This document shows positions 63,101-64,000 of a DNA stretch of 64,000 nt, one piece after another. Source of the DNA: Tubulanus polymorphus (taxonomy: Eukaryota; Animalia; Nemertea); assembly GCF_964204645.1 (NCBI RefSeq), contig NC_134028.1:20273245-20337244 (forward strand), in the 5' to 3' direction. Positions within the stretch are counted from its first letter, which is position 1; every line of letters begins with the position of its first letter. The position numbers and the translations under genes are program-made. The notes beneath the pieces were generated by a model. It was not told the DNA's origin, made no database searches, and saw only the letters and a list, made by a program, of their open reading frames with translations.

Positions 63101-64000
63101 AGTATGGCCCTGGATTATCCGAAGTGTAGTTGTGTGACATCGACGATGCAGCTCCGATGAGGATGGGTTCTCCGTCAAGGGGTGCGCAGTTGGTACTCCA
63201 CATCTGGTGCTGAATTTGCCTAAAAGTAAAAGTTTTACACTGGGAACAGTTATGTGTTTCTAATATACAGTGCATAGTTAGGTCCGTGAATGTATCGCAA
63301 TCAAACTGAGAGTGCTATGCGCATTGATAGACCGTCAGTAAGAAAGCGGCACAAACACGAGGATATTTAATACATGTTTGTACACTTACATATATACAGT
63401 CTTGAGCGGGTTTTATTTACATTGTCACGATTATGTTTTTGGTAGTTTTTAATGAGACTGATGTCAAGAGGCAACTTTCCAGTCACCATTGCGCGTAGAT
63501 AGACTGAGCTTGCTATCCTAAGGTCACAAACGGAGGCAGCGTGGGGTGTTAGCAGTGTATCAAAGCGAGCGGGAAGCAAAAATTCATTCAACCAAGAGGA
63601 AAATCCCGCTTGCATGACATTCATCACCACGAACGAACCGAAGCCTCGAGCAAGGTTCGCTGGCAGCAAAGGATGCTTCTCTATGGTTATAGAGAGCAAG
63701 GAGGGGAGGTAAATATGAATTCTGATTACTTTGAAATTGAGTGTAGGTGGTTGAATGTTGAAATATGTACTTGTTGACTTGTGGTTTCGCATCTATAGAG
63801 CAGGCACGGGGTTATTATTGAGTAAAGAAGTAACTGTCAAATAGTGTGCGGGCGGGGGCTCGGGAGCTCGCCACCACAACAGCGGGTTCAAAATGAGAAC
63901 ATCCGCCTCAATCCGGATTCAGCCATCCCTCAAGTGCGAGAAAGTATTTCGACATTCATGTTCCTCGTGCCGGGGCGCGCGTGCGACAACCATGGGGAGC

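Overview
Eukaryotic, AT-rich, intron-containing animal DNA. CpG is not depleted and the repeats are invertebrate-like; the species cannot be determined from the sequence. I assembled the genes by hand from GT-AG junctions and codon phase. (1) The 3' end of an unidentified + strand gene (630-6380), which stays in frame if a 14-nt microexon is included. (2) COX10 on the - strand (6 exons, ~460 aa), with a minisatellite in every intron. (3) Cyclin F (CCNF) on the + strand (13 exons, ~799 aa), head-to-head with COX10, carrying a nested antisense single-exon class A GPCR and an intron built from tandem copies of its own splice acceptor. (4) An M1/aminopeptidase-N-like gene on the - strand (19 exons, ~921 aa) with an intact reading frame but no HEXXH-X18-E zinc site. 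(5) A decayed inverted copy of that gene's last six exons and 3' flank. Mobile DNA includes a Mutator (MULE) element with a 9-bp TSD, a BEL/Pao LTR remnant split by a MITE, a Penelope GIY-YIG element, a Harbinger derivative, LINE/SINE fragments and several MITEs. At least four minimal hammerhead-ribozyme motifs are visible, two of them in a small palindromic, TSD-flanked non-coding element. Best candidates for something undescribed: the Zn-dead aminopeptidase, the palindromic hammerhead element and the acceptor-repeat array in CCNF. No database searches were run; family calls rest on motif recognition.
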